Both the position numbers and the translations under genes were made by a program. 64,000 nucleotides of DNA from a virus: the IMG/VR virus record IMGVR_UViG_3300044695_006747, positions 96,001-160,000 of that record. The stretch is one strand, 5' to 3'. Under the pieces are notes generated by a model. That model saw only the letters and a program-made list of their open reading frames with translations. It was not told the DNA's origin and searched no databases. Positions 1-10,180 of this stretch are shown piece after piece; position 1 is the stretch's first letter, and each line of letters starts with the position of its first letter.

Positions 1-159
1 TTTTTCTAAGGATTCTCTGTTCATAGATAAATATTCTTGCAGTTCAGATTCTGTTAAATAAGAATTTTGTGCAACATACTTACCTAAGCCTAGAGAATTT
101 TCATAATCATCTAGAATAGAGTCCCAATGTTGCATTTCTTCTTTAGATGTTTTTGACAT
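1..159 (-). CDS. Hypothetical protein (partial, runs off window start)
   Basis: ATG at 159 overlapping the end of the upstream ORF; open to position 1 (MSKTSKEEMQHWDSILDDY...). Confidence 0.6.
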   Translation of the reverse strand, partial: MSKTSKEEMQHWDSILDDYENSLGLGKYVAQNSYLTESELQEYLSMNRESLEK

Positions 160-547
160 ATTCGGTCCACTCTTCTGTTTTATTGTATGGTAATTCTACG
201 TATTTAATATTATTTATTTCACACCACTCTTTCTTTTCTTGATCTCTTTTTTTTGCTTTAGCAAATGCCAATATATTGGTGTGATAAAACGGGGTAAATT
301 TGTAGTGTTGTTCGCCATGAACCTCAATACATAGTTTAACGAGAGGGATGAAAAAGTCAAGATACGCTATTTGATTTTTTCTAATATGCACTGTTACTTC
401 TTCTAAGCTTTGCATAGTTGGAAAAATATCTTTTATAATTTGTCTAGTAAGCAAATGTAGACTAGATTTATTAAAAGAATTACTTGTTGAGCCATTTTTA
501 TGAAAAGACCAATTGCTTACATTCCCGTCCAAGTCCATAACTTGCAT
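143..547 (-). CDS. DUF559/Vsr-like PD-(D/E)xK endonuclease
   Basis: LDFFIPLVKLCIEVHGEQHY motif; coupled to recA. Confidence 0.7.
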   Translation of the reverse strand: MQVMDLDGNVSNWSFHKNGSTSNSFNKSSLHLLTRQIIKDIFPTMQSLEEVTVHIRKNQIAYLDFFIPLVKLCIEVHGEQHYKFTPFYHTNILAFAKAKKRDQEKKEWCEINNIKYVELPYNKTEEWTEYVKNI

Positions 548-1563
548 TACTTATTTCCTATAATATTTCTTACTTCATTGTATAGCTTTTCGTAGGATTC
601 TGGGTTTTGCAATAAGTATGCTCGGATTTTTTCCGTTCCCTGAAATTTAGTTTTTTCTCCTTCCAAGAAAGGAAGAGTATACCATGCTCCAGATTTATTG
701 ATCAAACCAAGATCGCACCCTATGGTAATCAATTCCGTGTGTCTATCAATACCTTCTCCGTATCTTATATAACTAGTAATTTGTCCTCCTGGAGGCCCAA
801 GAGCAGAACACATAGTCTGCCATTCTACTTCTTGTCCTATTTGTGTGTTATCGGTTCCTAAAAGCCAAGGCTTAAAGGATTTTGCACGAATTTTTATATC
901 TGTTTGATATGCAATAGCCTGACCGCTTTTTTCCTTAAACTCTGCCCCATATCCTGTTGGATTGCCCATTAAATGTGTGATACCTATTACAATATTTTTA
1001 TTTACAGGAATAACATTTGCTACTTTGCGACAAAATTTAGCTAGTAATTTTGCTCCGTCTGCTCGTTGCATTTTATCCATATCACTAGTTATTTCTGCTT
1101 CTGTGCATAATGCAGAATACGAGTCGATAATGACAACCGATCCTGGTTCTTGGTTTATGATTCTTTCTGCAATTTGAAGATATTCTTCTGCTCTTAATAT
1201 TTTGCCAGTTTGAGACCCTATAACATCAAATTTTTCTAGGTTTAAACCAGGTATACCTTCCAGATCTCTTTTTTTAAGTCGGCCTTCTATGTTCAAATAG
1301 TAAACCATACGACCATCCTTATAGGATCCTGTGCCGTACTCCGGTCTTTGTGCCGTAGCAGCAAAATCCAAAGATGTCGTGGTTTTTCCACATTTTGGTT
1401 GACCAGTTAAAACAACAAAACTTCCTTCTGGAATACCTCCTCCCAAAATCATGTCTAATGCTGGGCTTACTGGTATAACGATTGATTCTTTATCAACAAC
1501 AGAAGATGCTGACAATATAATCTCATCACCAAAATCTTTTTTTACGCTATCTTTAATGCTCAT
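547..1563 (-). CDS. recA: RecA/UvsX-like recombinase
   Basis: LDMILGGGIPEG, Walker A GQPKCGKTT, Walker B VVIIDS, SGAWY near C-terminus. Confidence 0.92.
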   Translation of the reverse strand: MSIKDSVKKDFGDEIILSASSVVDKESIVIPVSPALDMILGGGIPEGSFVVLTGQPKCGKTTTSLDFAATAQRPEYGTGSYKDGRMVYYLNIEGRLKKRDLEGIPGLNLEKFDVIGSQTGKILRAEEYLQIAERIINQEPGSVVIIDSYSALCTEAEITSDMDKMQRADGAKLLAKFCRKVANVIPVNKNIVIGITHLMGNPTGYGAEFKEKSGQAIAYQTDIKIRAKSFKPWLLGTDNTQIGQEVEWQTMCSALGPPGGQITSYIRYGEGIDRHTELITIGCDLGLINKSGAWYTLPFLEGEKTKFQGTEKIRAYLLQNPESYEKLYNEVRNIIGNK

Positions 1564-1996
1564 TATCTATATCCTTTAGTCTATCAAAAATATTTGTTTT
1601 TTTAGTATTTGAGACGCCTTTACTGACGGTATTTCTTTCTATAAGAACGTTTTGTTCATTATTTTTTGTTTGAAGAATGTTTTCTTGTCTAACTATAATA
1701 TCCACCAGATGAGGAGCCCTCAATGAATAAATTTTTTGACCTTCTGGTGTTTTGAGAGCAGCTATAATAGCTTTATCGCTATATTTGCTTAATAGTTTAT
1801 TAGCAGAAAAAATTTGTGATTTATAAAATTTTTCCCACTCTTTATTGATCCAAAATCTATAATGAAGATCTTTTTTATTTTTTATTGCTAAGTGTTCGCA
1901 TATAATTTCTGTTATATATTGCGATGCAGAAACAGTTTTACCGTTAGAATACTTTGATAAATATTTATTCGTTTGTATTTTCTTCTGGTTTGTCAT
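1553..1996 (-). CDS. Hypothetical protein
   Basis: 147-aa ORF in tightly overlapping minus-strand operon. Confidence 0.7.
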   Translation of the reverse strand: MTNQKKIQTNKYLSKYSNGKTVSASQYITEIICEHLAIKNKKDLHYRFWINKEWEKFYKSQIFSANKLLSKYSDKAIIAALKTPEGQKIYSLRAPHLVDIIVRQENILQTKNNEQNVLIERNTVSKGVSNTKKTNIFDRLKDIDNEH

Positions 1997-2390
1997 TAGA
2001 TTTATATAGATCTTTACAGGTTTTGGTCAATGATTCTTGTAGATTAACAAAAAAAGTTTCTATAAAAGCTTTGTAGTCAGATACTATAAAATCTATATAA
2101 AATTTCTTATTTTCATGATAAACAGTTTCTGGTGCTGTTGTTACATCGTTTCCTTTTTTAAATACCTTACAATTAGTATCAAGTTCTATTATATATGGTA
2201 TTGGTTTATCTGAATTTGAATTTTCCTTGTCTTCTGCTTCCTCTTCTGTAGAATTATTTAGTGATTCTAAAAAAAATTGTGCTTCTTGTACTTTTGGCAA
2301 TAATTTATAAAATAGCTCTATCTCTTCTTCGGAGATTATATCAGATACTAGCTTCTGTTTTTCTTCAACTTGTTCTGTTATTTCTTCCAT
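1965..2390 (-). CDS. Hypothetical acidic protein
   Basis: 141-aa ORF overlapping both neighbours. Confidence 0.65.
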   Translation of the reverse strand: MEEITEQVEEKQKLVSDIISEEEIELFYKLLPKVQEAQFFLESLNNSTEEEAEDKENSNSDKPIPYIIELDTNCKVFKKGNDVTTAPETVYHENKKFYIDFIVSDYKAFIETFFVNLQESLTKTCKDLYKSNDKPEENTNE

Positions 2391-2725
2391 TAACTCCTCG
2401 GCTTAAAAATATTTTTGTTAGTGTTTTTATCAGAAACCTTTTTTCTGTTTTCATCCCCTTGTGCAGAAGCGTCCTTTGTCATAATTGCAACAGATTTATT
2501 TCTCTTAACAGATGTTTCCATAATCATGAGATTTTTCTTTTTGTCACCAACAACAGATGATGATGTTTTTATATTTGGGTTTTCTGATGCCTGTGTTTGT
2601 TTTTCCAAAACACCGTTAACTTGTTTAACGTCTATTGACAATTCCTCGGCAATCTGTTCCGGGGAGTTCTCTTTATAATTTAACCATAATATTGCGTAAT
2701 TATTTGCTTTACTTAATTTAGCCAT
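2390..2725 (-). CDS. Hypothetical protein, possible N-terminal HTH
   Basis: SPEQIAEELSIDVKQVNGVL resembles an HTH. Confidence 0.6.
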   Translation of the reverse strand: MAKLSKANNYAILWLNYKENSPEQIAEELSIDVKQVNGVLEKQTQASENPNIKTSSSVVGDKKKNLMIMETSVKRNKSVAIMTKDASAQGDENRKKVSDKNTNKNIFKPRS

Positions 2726-3102
2726 TATGAAGCCTCTCTTTCAGCGTTGTTTAACCATGCTATGTTTTTTGTTTTTAAAAAATTTGTATATAGGTCAAAT
2801 ACCTTATAGCTTACATTTCTAAACTTATCAGAAGATCTACAAATTCTATCTAGAAAAGTTTGATTTTTATTGTCTTGATAAATAGCCACAGGATTATGTA
2901 ATTTTCCATTAGTATTCAATTTAATACTATATCTTATTGATCCATCGTCCCTGGTTATTTTTTTGGCAAATGTGTTATCATTTGCGTCTTTTTGTCTTGG
3001 TAGACGGTTTGTATCTAAAAAGTCTTCCATGCCTATTAGTGTATAATATTCTTCACTTATTTCTGGTTTATTTATCGTTTGAGAAAATATATATTCTTCC
3101 AT
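2725..3102 (-). CDS. Hypothetical protein
   Basis: 125-aa ORF, start/stop coupled. Confidence 0.65.
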   Translation of the reverse strand: MEEYIFSQTINKPEISEEYYTLIGMEDFLDTNRLPRQKDANDNTFAKKITRDDGSIRYSIKLNTNGKLHNPVAIYQDNKNQTFLDRICRSSDKFRNVSYKVFDLYTNFLKTKNIAWLNNAEREAS

Positions 3103-3112
3103 ATATCACCTT

Positions 3113-3466
3113 TCATGTCCATGTGGGTTTATTCTTTGGTTTAGGAGTATAACTCATACCTTTTGGTAACGGCTTGGTTTGTTCTTTATTGTCTTTGTAT
3201 GAATTATGTTTTGCATGTAATGACTGCTTTTGATCTTCACTTAATCTATCTCTATTTCTTAGTGCAAGATCTCCTATTGTCTTTAGTTCCGAGTCGCTTT
3301 TTTTAACAGACGTGGCTTGTGATGAAACATCTGATATATAATCTCTTACTACATATTTATTGGAGTTGCAATTTGTACATTTTGGACTATCTATATAATC
3401 TCTTATAGAAAAAAATAGTTCAAAGTTCGTTTCACATTTTTCGCAAGTATAACTATAACTAGGCAT
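3113..3466 (-). CDS. FmdB-family zinc-ribbon regulatory protein
   Basis: MPSYSYTCEKC...CTNC signature. Confidence 0.8.
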   Translation of the reverse strand: MPSYSYTCEKCETNFELFFSIRDYIDSPKCTNCNSNKYVVRDYISDVSSQATSVKKSDSELKTIGDLALRNRDRLSEDQKQSLHAKHNSYKDNKEQTKPLPKGMSYTPKPKNKPTWT

Positions 3467-4040
3467 AAGATTCTGGTAAGTATACTAACCATTCCTCAGG
3501 TATCTCGTCTTTTATTTTAAACAGATGGTGTGCTATGGGCAAGTACTTTTGTGTTTTTTGCGGTTTTATTGGTAGATTTATCAGTGGCATATTAGCCTGT
3601 TTTGGTGTTCTACTACCCTTTTTTCTATTGCAATTAACACAAGCCGTAACAATGTTTGTCCATGATGTTGGAGATCCTGCGTCATAGTTCCATTGTGATT
3701 TTGGAATTACATGATCATAAGTTAAATTATTAATAGAAAATTTGTTACCACAATATTGACATGTATGATTATCTCTAACAAAAATATTTTTTCTAGAAAA
3801 TGTTACTGTATAGCTTGTTGATCTAAAAAATCTTTTGGTTTTTGCTATGCATGGTATTGGATATTTTTTATTATTAACACCATTGATATAATCATTTTTA
3901 TAGAAATCAATAATTTCGATCCCATATTTAGGGTTATTTATATATCTCATATGCCATATAATTGCTTTTCCCCAGCCGATAATAGAAAGAGGAGTATAAT
4001 CAGCATTTAATACTAAGCATTTATTGTTATGTAATTCCAT
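3459..4040 (-). CDS. HNH endonuclease (McrA-like)
   Basis: LVLNADYTPL; RDNHTCQYCG; TYDHVIPKS; TACVNCNRKKG. Confidence 0.9.
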   Translation of the reverse strand: MELHNNKCLVLNADYTPLSIIGWGKAIIWHMRYINNPKYGIEIIDFYKNDYINGVNNKKYPIPCIAKTKRFFRSTSYTVTFSRKNIFVRDNHTCQYCGNKFSINNLTYDHVIPKSQWNYDAGSPTSWTNIVTACVNCNRKKGSRTPKQANMPLINLPIKPQKTQKYLPIAHHLFKIKDEIPEEWLVYLPESYA

Positions 4041-4755
4041 TTTCGTAAGATTCTAATCTAGAAAGAATTTTTCCTATAATAGGATTTCTAACAATATCTT
4101 GATTAAATAATTGAGCTACGCCTATTTGATCAACGCCGCTCAAAGCATTTATCAAGTCAATAAATCCTCCTCTCATACTTCTGTGAAGATCTGATTGACT
4201 GATATCTCCTGTTAATACCATTTTACTATCATTTCCAAGGCGTGTCAACAACATTTTTAATTGATCATACGAAGCATTTTGACACTCATCTGCTACTATG
4301 AAAGCATTATGAAAATTACGTCCTCTCATTAGTCCTAATGGAACTATTTCGATTCTATTGTTTAGTTTTAGACTAGCATAATGGCCCATAGGAATAAAAT
4401 GACAGACCTCATCTAATATTGGTAATAGATATGGGTGTAATTTTTCTTCTGCTGTACCAGGTAAATATCCTATTTTTTCTCCGCTTTCAACTACTGGTCG
4501 AGTAATGATAATTTTTTTAACTTTATCTTCTAATAAGTATTCTAATGCCATACCAACAGCTATATGCGTCTTACCACTACCAGCAACGCCTTGACAGAAT
4601 GTAATAGTATTTTCTGCAATAGTTCTGATATATTCTTTTTGATTTTCTGTTCTTGGCTTTAGTCTATTTCTATAGATCATACCTGTTGGTTGAACATTGT
4701 TGGTAAGATCTATGACTTTGGACTTTTTCTTATTGTTTTTAGTATTTTTTCTCAA
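4027..4755 (-). CDS. phoH: PhoH-family ATPase
   Basis: GVAGSGKT, ITRPVVESGE, MRGRNF, DECQN, GDISQSD. Confidence 0.95.
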   Translation of the reverse strand: MRKNTKNNKKKSKVIDLTNNVQPTGMIYRNRLKPRTENQKEYIRTIAENTITFCQGVAGSGKTHIAVGMALEYLLEDKVKKIIITRPVVESGEKIGYLPGTAEEKLHPYLLPILDEVCHFIPMGHYASLKLNNRIEIVPLGLMRGRNFHNAFIVADECQNASYDQLKMLLTRLGNDSKMVLTGDISQSDLHRSMRGGFIDLINALSGVDQIGVAQLFNQDIVRNPIIGKILSRLESYENGIT

Positions 4756-4777
4756 TGGTTATCTCCACTGGTGATAG

Positions 4778-6970
4778 TTAAATTAGACAAGCTCCGCCAG
4801 CACAACTAATTTCTTCTATTCCAGCAGTATTGTCCTCTGTTTCCAACAGTTGTGTATAATCTACCTTTTTATACGTATCATACAAATCACAATATATTTT
4901 CCAATTATATACATCTTTCATGCAGTATGTGAGTCTCTTTAGGTCTCCGTCAAAATATTTTCCTGCAAAGTTTTTCATCTTAGTTATAAACAATAGTTTT
5001 TCTTTTGAGTCCGTTTCTTTTGCTTGGTTCATGCTTACATAATCACAAGCAGCCCAAAGATTATTATCAAAAGCATTTAATGCTAACTCAATAAGCCCAG
5101 AGCACCACAGGGCTGCATCTCCGTATTCTTTGACTATTTCTCTACTAGTATAAACGGTAGTAAATGGTGCTTGAGGATAGTCTTTATCTCCACTTTGAGG
5201 AATAAGACTAATACCAGCAAAATATTTACGATTGTTATAAATATATTTGGTTACATCGTCCCATTCGTCTGGTTTAACGGTAACAGTATTACTAACATTA
5301 TGACTTAAATATTCCTGAGTACATAGACCTTTATTTTTTCCAGAAAATACCCAATTCTTTTGAGTATCTTTAACGATGCCCAACATATCTACTGCTGGTA
5401 GTTGATTCTTTAATTTTGCTCCGTCTGGTACTTCTATTGGAAATTTTATGACTTCATCAGTATTATTAGCCGACCACCTTGATTTTTCACACGCTTGCGG
5501 GTTATAATTTTTGAAGTGTTGGTATGGAGCCTCTAAAATATTGGCCTGTACGTGTCTGATATAGCGTTTAGCATGGTGCGGGTGAATGCCGGAACTAGTT
5601 CCAAGCATACTTGAAGATGTTCCTTCTGGTTTTAAGCAAGTAACACGAGCGGCCTGATTAATACCAATCTTTTTGGCCATTTCTTTATTTGTATCAACTG
5701 CTATCTTGGCTCCTGCTTTTAATACCTTCTCTGATAGTACTAAATCGTGTTTTTCCATGATACCAGTTAGAGAAACACCAAGCAGAGCTTCTCTTTGAAA
5801 GATTTTGCAACTAATTTCTCCTAGATAATCTAATTTAGTAAAACCAGCCTGTAGTGTTCCTATAATTGCTGCGGCTTTGCAACGATCATAAAAATCATTT
5901 TCGTCCTCAATAGACGAGCAGTTGATGGTAGATAAGTTACAACCCTGCCAACCGCTCTTGCCTGTTGCTTCATCAACGGGCCACATACCTACCTCAACAC
6001 AGGGATTAAAAGTCATTTCTGTTGAATCACTCCAAATAAATCCAGGCTCACCAAACTCTTTTACACTTTCCATCAACGTTTGAAATTGCTCAAGTGTTGT
6101 TTCATCTTTTAGTAATAGAGCAGAATTATTGCTTCTTGCTCTTTGAGGATTATCCATATACCAATTGCCTGTCTTAGCTTTTGCCATTTCTTCATCATCA
6201 GCACTAAACAATGCCAAACTAGCTGATCGTCTTACACCACCACTTAAAACAGCGTCACTACTATGCATGATAATATCATAAGCATCAATTGGTCTTAATT
6301 TTTTCTGACCATTAGCTATACAACGGTCTAATAGAGTTCTTATTTTTTCTAGACCATTTGCTAGTGGTTCAAATCCTGGTGCTTTACCAACACCAGAACT
6401 AAGATCAGAGCCTTTGGGTCTAATATTACTATAGTCGAATACAACGTATGTGTTTTTATACATTTTGAATTCTTCTATAGGTTTACTAAAATAGCTACTA
6501 AGAAGAACGCCTAATGCATCGGCCCATCCTTCTATACTGTCTTCGATAACATATTTTGTTCCTTCTCCATTTTCAATTTCGTGTTCTAGTGATGGAAGTT
6601 TAGCAACGTGGTGTTTTTGAACACTAAATCCTGTGCCACTACCACATAGTAACAACCAAAAACACTCTTGAAAAAAACGTAGTCTATCACAATAGGAACT
6701 TGTGCAATTATAAATTTTTGCATGACGCTTTAGGATAGGATCTCCTCCAAACTGGAGTCCTCTTTGACTTCCTAGTATTTTCTTTTTATACATCATATCG
6801 TATGCCCAGTTAATCTCATCAGAGATTCCTTTATCGGCATACATTGTATGCATCATATTTTTAACGCGCTCAACCGCTTCTTTCCATGTTTCTCTTCTGT
6901 TTTTTTCTGGTATCCAACGAGCATATTTACTAACAAACGTATAATTTTGAAGCTCCTGAAGCGCGGACAT
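4778..6970 (-). CDS. nrdJ: Class II (B12-dependent) monomeric ribonucleotide reductase
   Basis: YNC, GGVRRSA, NPCVE, GCNL, KPEGT, C-terminal CAGGAC redox pair. Confidence 0.92.
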   Translation of the reverse strand: MSALQELQNYTFVSKYARWIPEKNRRETWKEAVERVKNMMHTMYADKGISDEINWAYDMMYKKKILGSQRGLQFGGDPILKRHAKIYNCTSSYCDRLRFFQECFWLLLCGSGTGFSVQKHHVAKLPSLEHEIENGEGTKYVIEDSIEGWADALGVLLSSYFSKPIEEFKMYKNTYVVFDYSNIRPKGSDLSSGVGKAPGFEPLANGLEKIRTLLDRCIANGQKKLRPIDAYDIIMHSSDAVLSGGVRRSASLALFSADDEEMAKAKTGNWYMDNPQRARSNNSALLLKDETTLEQFQTLMESVKEFGEPGFIWSDSTEMTFNPCVEVGMWPVDEATGKSGWQGCNLSTINCSSIEDENDFYDRCKAAAIIGTLQAGFTKLDYLGEISCKIFQREALLGVSLTGIMEKHDLVLSEKVLKAGAKIAVDTNKEMAKKIGINQAARVTCLKPEGTSSSMLGTSSGIHPHHAKRYIRHVQANILEAPYQHFKNYNPQACEKSRWSANNTDEVIKFPIEVPDGAKLKNQLPAVDMLGIVKDTQKNWVFSGKNKGLCTQEYLSHNVSNTVTVKPDEWDDVTKYIYNNRKYFAGISLIPQSGDKDYPQAPFTTVYTSREIVKEYGDAALWCSGLIELALNAFDNNLWAACDYVSMNQAKETDSKEKLLFITKMKNFAGKYFDGDLKRLTYCMKDVYNWKIYCDLYDTYKKVDYTQLLETEDNTAGIEEISCAGGACLI

Positions 6971-6971
6971 A

Positions 6972-7109
6972 TTATCTCCTATCTAAAATGTTGAATAATG
7001 CTAGTATCACCAATGCTTGAAAAGATTTCTGTTGCATTTCTATATTTCCGGCAATACTATTGTAGAAATAAACTAATAACATTAAATATAATACAATCTT
7101 GTATATCAT
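6972..7109 (-). CDS. Small hydrophobic protein (45 aa)
   Basis: Hand-translated MIYKIVLYLMLLVYFYNSIAG...; fills gap between dCMP deaminase and nrdJ. Confidence 0.5.
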   Translation of the reverse strand: MIYKIVLYLMLLVYFYNSIAGNIEMQQKSFQALVILALFNILDRR

Positions 7110-7576
7110 AATACACCACACAGTTGTTTCAGCCAAGAAAGATTTGCTTCTACATATTGAACATTAATTCCACTCATAGAAACAAATGTATCAAATCTTT
7201 TTTGTGCATCTGCGTCAAAAAGATGAGTTCCATGATTTTTTGACATTACAACTGTGGATATTCCTTCTTGCCACAAAGCCATTATACAGTCATTGCAGCA
7301 TTGACCGGTAACATAGGCGACACCGTTTTCTGGTCTGATAATACAATTAGAAAGAGCGTTTCTTTCTGCGTGTATCATCCAAGGATATTTTTCTGGTCTT
7401 GTGTTTGGCAATATTGTATCATCAAGACCCCTTGGAAAACCATTGTATCCTAAGCCTAAAATACGATTATTTTGATCTGTAATTACACAACCGTGCTGTG
7501 TTTGAATATCGTGGCTACGTTGAGAAACAACCTTAGCCAATCCTAAAAAGTAATCTGTCCACGATGGTCTGCTCAT
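7106..7576 (-). CDS. dCMP deaminase
   Basis: RPSWTDYF, GYNGFPRG, HAERNA, CCNDC zinc ligands. Confidence 0.9.
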   Translation of the reverse strand: MSRPSWTDYFLGLAKVVSQRSHDIQTQHGCVITDQNNRILGLGYNGFPRGLDDTILPNTRPEKYPWMIHAERNALSNCIIRPENGVAYVTGQCCNDCIMALWQEGISTVVMSKNHGTHLFDADAQKRFDTFVSMSGINVQYVEANLSWLKQLCGVL

Positions 7577-7582
7577 ACCCTT

Positions 7583-7610
7583 ATGATACAGTATCGTGGC
7601 TTATGGTCAA
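7583..7610 (-). promoter_or_regulatory. Sigma70-like promoter TTGACC-N16-TATCAT
   Basis: Directly upstream of dCMP deaminase start; spacer contains CGATA. Confidence 0.55.
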
Positions 7611-7861
7611 GGGTTGTTTTTTGTAAGTTTGTTATAGACAACAAGACTTAATATACCGCCAGCAACTCCCATAAATATTCCTGCTGGACTCAAACTTTCG
7701 TATTGTCCAATAAGATATAGTATTGCGCCACCAGCATAAGACCCAGCGACTCCTAGAGCAACTGTTTTAACAAAACCGAAATTTTCCTCTCCGGGGACAA
7801 TAGCCTTTGAAATACTGCCGACTAGAAGACCGTATACTAACCATGTTAATAAACTAAGCAT
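7607..7861 (-). CDS. GlsB/YeaQ/YmgE-family small membrane protein
   Basis: WLVYGLLVGSISKAIVPG...LGVAGSYAGG pattern. Confidence 0.8.
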   Translation of the reverse strand: MLSLLTWLVYGLLVGSISKAIVPGEENFGFVKTVALGVAGSYAGGAILYLIGQYESLSPAGIFMGVAGGILSLVVYNKLTKNNP

Positions 7862-8249
7862 TTGATGCCTCCATTAAAGTATATACTTCATCCTCCGTGA
7901 GATTAATTCCAGTTCCCATTATACTGTATTGTAAAGCCTTGCCATAAGCTTTGTATTGTTCTTTTGTAAGATGTTGTTTAATAATTCTTTGTAGTCTCCA
8001 TCTATTGAGTAAAGAATCTTTTAGTATAACATCTTGTATATCTTTTTTCATTAAAGAAACAGATTCGTTTTTATCTTTTAGTAATTCTCTATTTTTTCTA
8101 CATTCTTGAATTACTCGGATTAAATTTAATATAACTCCGATTACGATAATAATGGTTAAAGGATCTATTCCATAGTCTTGTTCTTTCGGTAATTGCATAT
8201 TTGTTAAAACTTTTTTTGCAATTTTTTCTACCGCAGCATTATTATTCAT
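7854..8249 (-). CDS. Hypothetical membrane-anchored protein
   Basis: One hydrophobic segment IDPLTIIIVIGVILNLI. Confidence 0.65.
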   Translation of the reverse strand: MNNNAAVEKIAKKVLTNMQLPKEQDYGIDPLTIIIVIGVILNLIRVIQECRKNRELLKDKNESVSLMKKDIQDVILKDSLLNRWRLQRIIKQHLTKEQYKAYGKALQYSIMGTGINLTEDEVYTLMEASNA

Positions 8250-8252
8250 ATA

Positions 8253-8615
8253 TTATCTTTCTACTGATGGTACGCATCCACAATTTTTACATTTACAACT
8301 TTTGCATTTACAATTTGGGTTCGTACATTTATCAGATTCGCCATATAATTTAATTTCTGGATGGGTTACAGAATCTTTTGATTCTGGCTCACAGTATCCG
8401 CAATCAACCATCTTTATACCATCTCCGCTAAGATACTTTCCCGTTCCTTTACAAACAGGACAATCTTTTCTTGGATATTTTTTTTCTTTGTCTATATGTT
8501 TTGCTTTTATAATACCTCCAACAAGAGTAACAGGCGCTGTTGTGGATCCATTATATCCATAACCAGAATATAGCAAGACAGAGCCTATCAAACACAGACC
8601 GATGATTTTATTCAT
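8253..8615 (-). CDS. Exported/membrane Cys-rich protein
   Basis: Signal-like N-terminus, CPVCKGTG...CGYC, C-terminal CTNPNCKCKSCKCKNCGC. Confidence 0.65.
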   Translation of the reverse strand: MNKIIGLCLIGSVLLYSGYGYNGSTTAPVTLVGGIIKAKHIDKEKKYPRKDCPVCKGTGKYLSGDGIKMVDCGYCEPESKDSVTHPEIKLYGESDKCTNPNCKCKSCKCKNCGCVPSVER

Positions 8616-8766
8616 CTGTTTTTCTCCAAGGCAAAATTTTTCTTTTTGGTTTAGGAGTGTCTATTTCTTCAACACTTTTTGGTGATAATATTTTAATTAC
8701 CCCCAATATAAAACTGGCAAGTATACTCAGTAGTCTGTTTAGTGCTATCTTATCTAATAATTTCAT
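8608..8766 (-). CDS. Small membrane protein (52 aa)
   Basis: Hand-translated MKLLDKIALNRLLSILASFILGVIKIL...; overlaps both neighbours. Confidence 0.55.
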   Translation of the reverse strand: MKLLDKIALNRLLSILASFILGVIKILSPKSVEEIDTPKPKRKILPWRKTDE

Positions 8767-9689
8767 AAATAATCCTCAAAACCATATGAAGGAAGTTTTT
8801 GAACAGGAAAACCGTCGAACTGACTAAATGCGTAAGCCCCATTTTGACTTAACATCCCTGCTGCAACATCTGCTTGAATTAAAAACGATCCGTCTGGTAT
8901 TTTACCCCAAGATGGATGACCACCATCATTCCACTTACCCCAACTATTTTGTACTAAAAATGCTGGCTCGCTACCAGTATCATCGCAAGCGATCCAGGCC
9001 ATAGCATGAGCCCAACTACCACTAACTCTTGCAAATCCTTTACTATCTCTTTTATTACTAAATCCATAGCTAGAACATACCGCTAAACCATATCCATTGG
9101 CTAAAGCGTCTCGTGCTTCTTCTATTGTTTTTACTAAACTTACGGTTTTAATTTGATGATCGTTAGCAAGATCAATAACCGGATCTGGCAATCCTCTACT
9201 ACCCCAGCCAGCACCAAGACTACCGTTATATTTGCTAAAGTCTGCTATGCCTTTATAGTTTTTTCTAACAATGACACCACCACTTTGACTAACAAATGTC
9301 GCCGCTCTGGAGCAACTCATTCCTTGACCACCATGACCACGAGCACCATAAATTGCTTCTGTGGCTCCTCTTGAAATCCAAGATTCTTTATCTCTATGAA
9401 CATCAATTTCTACTGCTCTACTTACATCTACGGCATTACGAGTTGCATGACTAACACAATCTCCAGTGGTTTGTCGTTCATTGTAAGGATTGCCATCAAA
9501 TTTTAACACACTTTTAAATGGTGTGCTAAGCTTACCTTTGCCACTATTTTTAATTCTTTTCGCTCCATCACCAAAGTATGCGTATTTTGAATTTTCTAGC
9601 AGTTCATTAAATACGTGCTCTTCCCAAAGGCATCCTTGAAAACCTTTTCTATATTCATTATATAGATCATTAGGAGATAATCTTGCCAT
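8763..9689 (-). CDS. Papain-like (C1 family) cysteine peptidase
   Basis: QTTGDCVSHA (Gln/Cys), GSWAHAM (His), QNSWG (Asn). Confidence 0.85.
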   Translation of the reverse strand: MARLSPNDLYNEYRKGFQGCLWEEHVFNELLENSKYAYFGDGAKRIKNSGKGKLSTPFKSVLKFDGNPYNERQTTGDCVSHATRNAVDVSRAVEIDVHRDKESWISRGATEAIYGARGHGGQGMSCSRAATFVSQSGGVIVRKNYKGIADFSKYNGSLGAGWGSRGLPDPVIDLANDHQIKTVSLVKTIEEARDALANGYGLAVCSSYGFSNKRDSKGFARVSGSWAHAMAWIACDDTGSEPAFLVQNSWGKWNDGGHPSWGKIPDGSFLIQADVAAGMLSQNGAYAFSQFDGFPVQKLPSYGFEDYL

Positions 9690-10180
9690 TATTTGCTTCC
9701 TTCATTACAGGCCCATGCTAATGCTCTAAATGCTTCGGCAGATTTTTTCCTTAGATCAGCATCTAAAGGAACAATATCGTCTCCTGTTTGCATCATAATT
9801 ACAGATTGTGCGGCTTCTGCTAGTCCCGGATATTTCCCCTTTATATTCATTCTTAACATAGCCCCACAAAGACTGTTTGCCTGACGAACTTCTTCTGTGG
9901 TTTTTACAACTTCATCTTCGCCATCAAGTTCTATTAGTGTTGCCAAATCCATATACAAATCAGACAGTCTAGCAGCATCCTTTTTCCTATCTATTGAACC
10001 ATTTGACAGAGCATCTGTAACTAGTTGACATTTATCTCTTAGTTCTTTTTCTTGCGGTGGTGTTACCACAACGATTGTGTTGTTATTATTTGGATTAACT
10101 ATAGGAAAATTAAAATTTGGTTTAAATAATCCTAACAATAATAATCCAATCCCAACAATTAATAATACTTTATTATTCAT
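9689..10180 (-). CDS. Membrane-anchored hypothetical protein
   Basis: N-terminal TM VLLIVGIGLLLLGLF. Confidence 0.7.
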   Translation of the reverse strand: MNNKVLLIVGIGLLLLGLFKPNFNFPIVNPNNNNTIVVVTPPQEKELRDKCQLVTDALSNGSIDRKKDAARLSDLYMDLATLIELDGEDEVVKTTEEVRQANSLCGAMLRMNIKGKYPGLAEAAQSVIMMQTGDDIVPLDADLRKKSAEAFRALAWACNEGSK

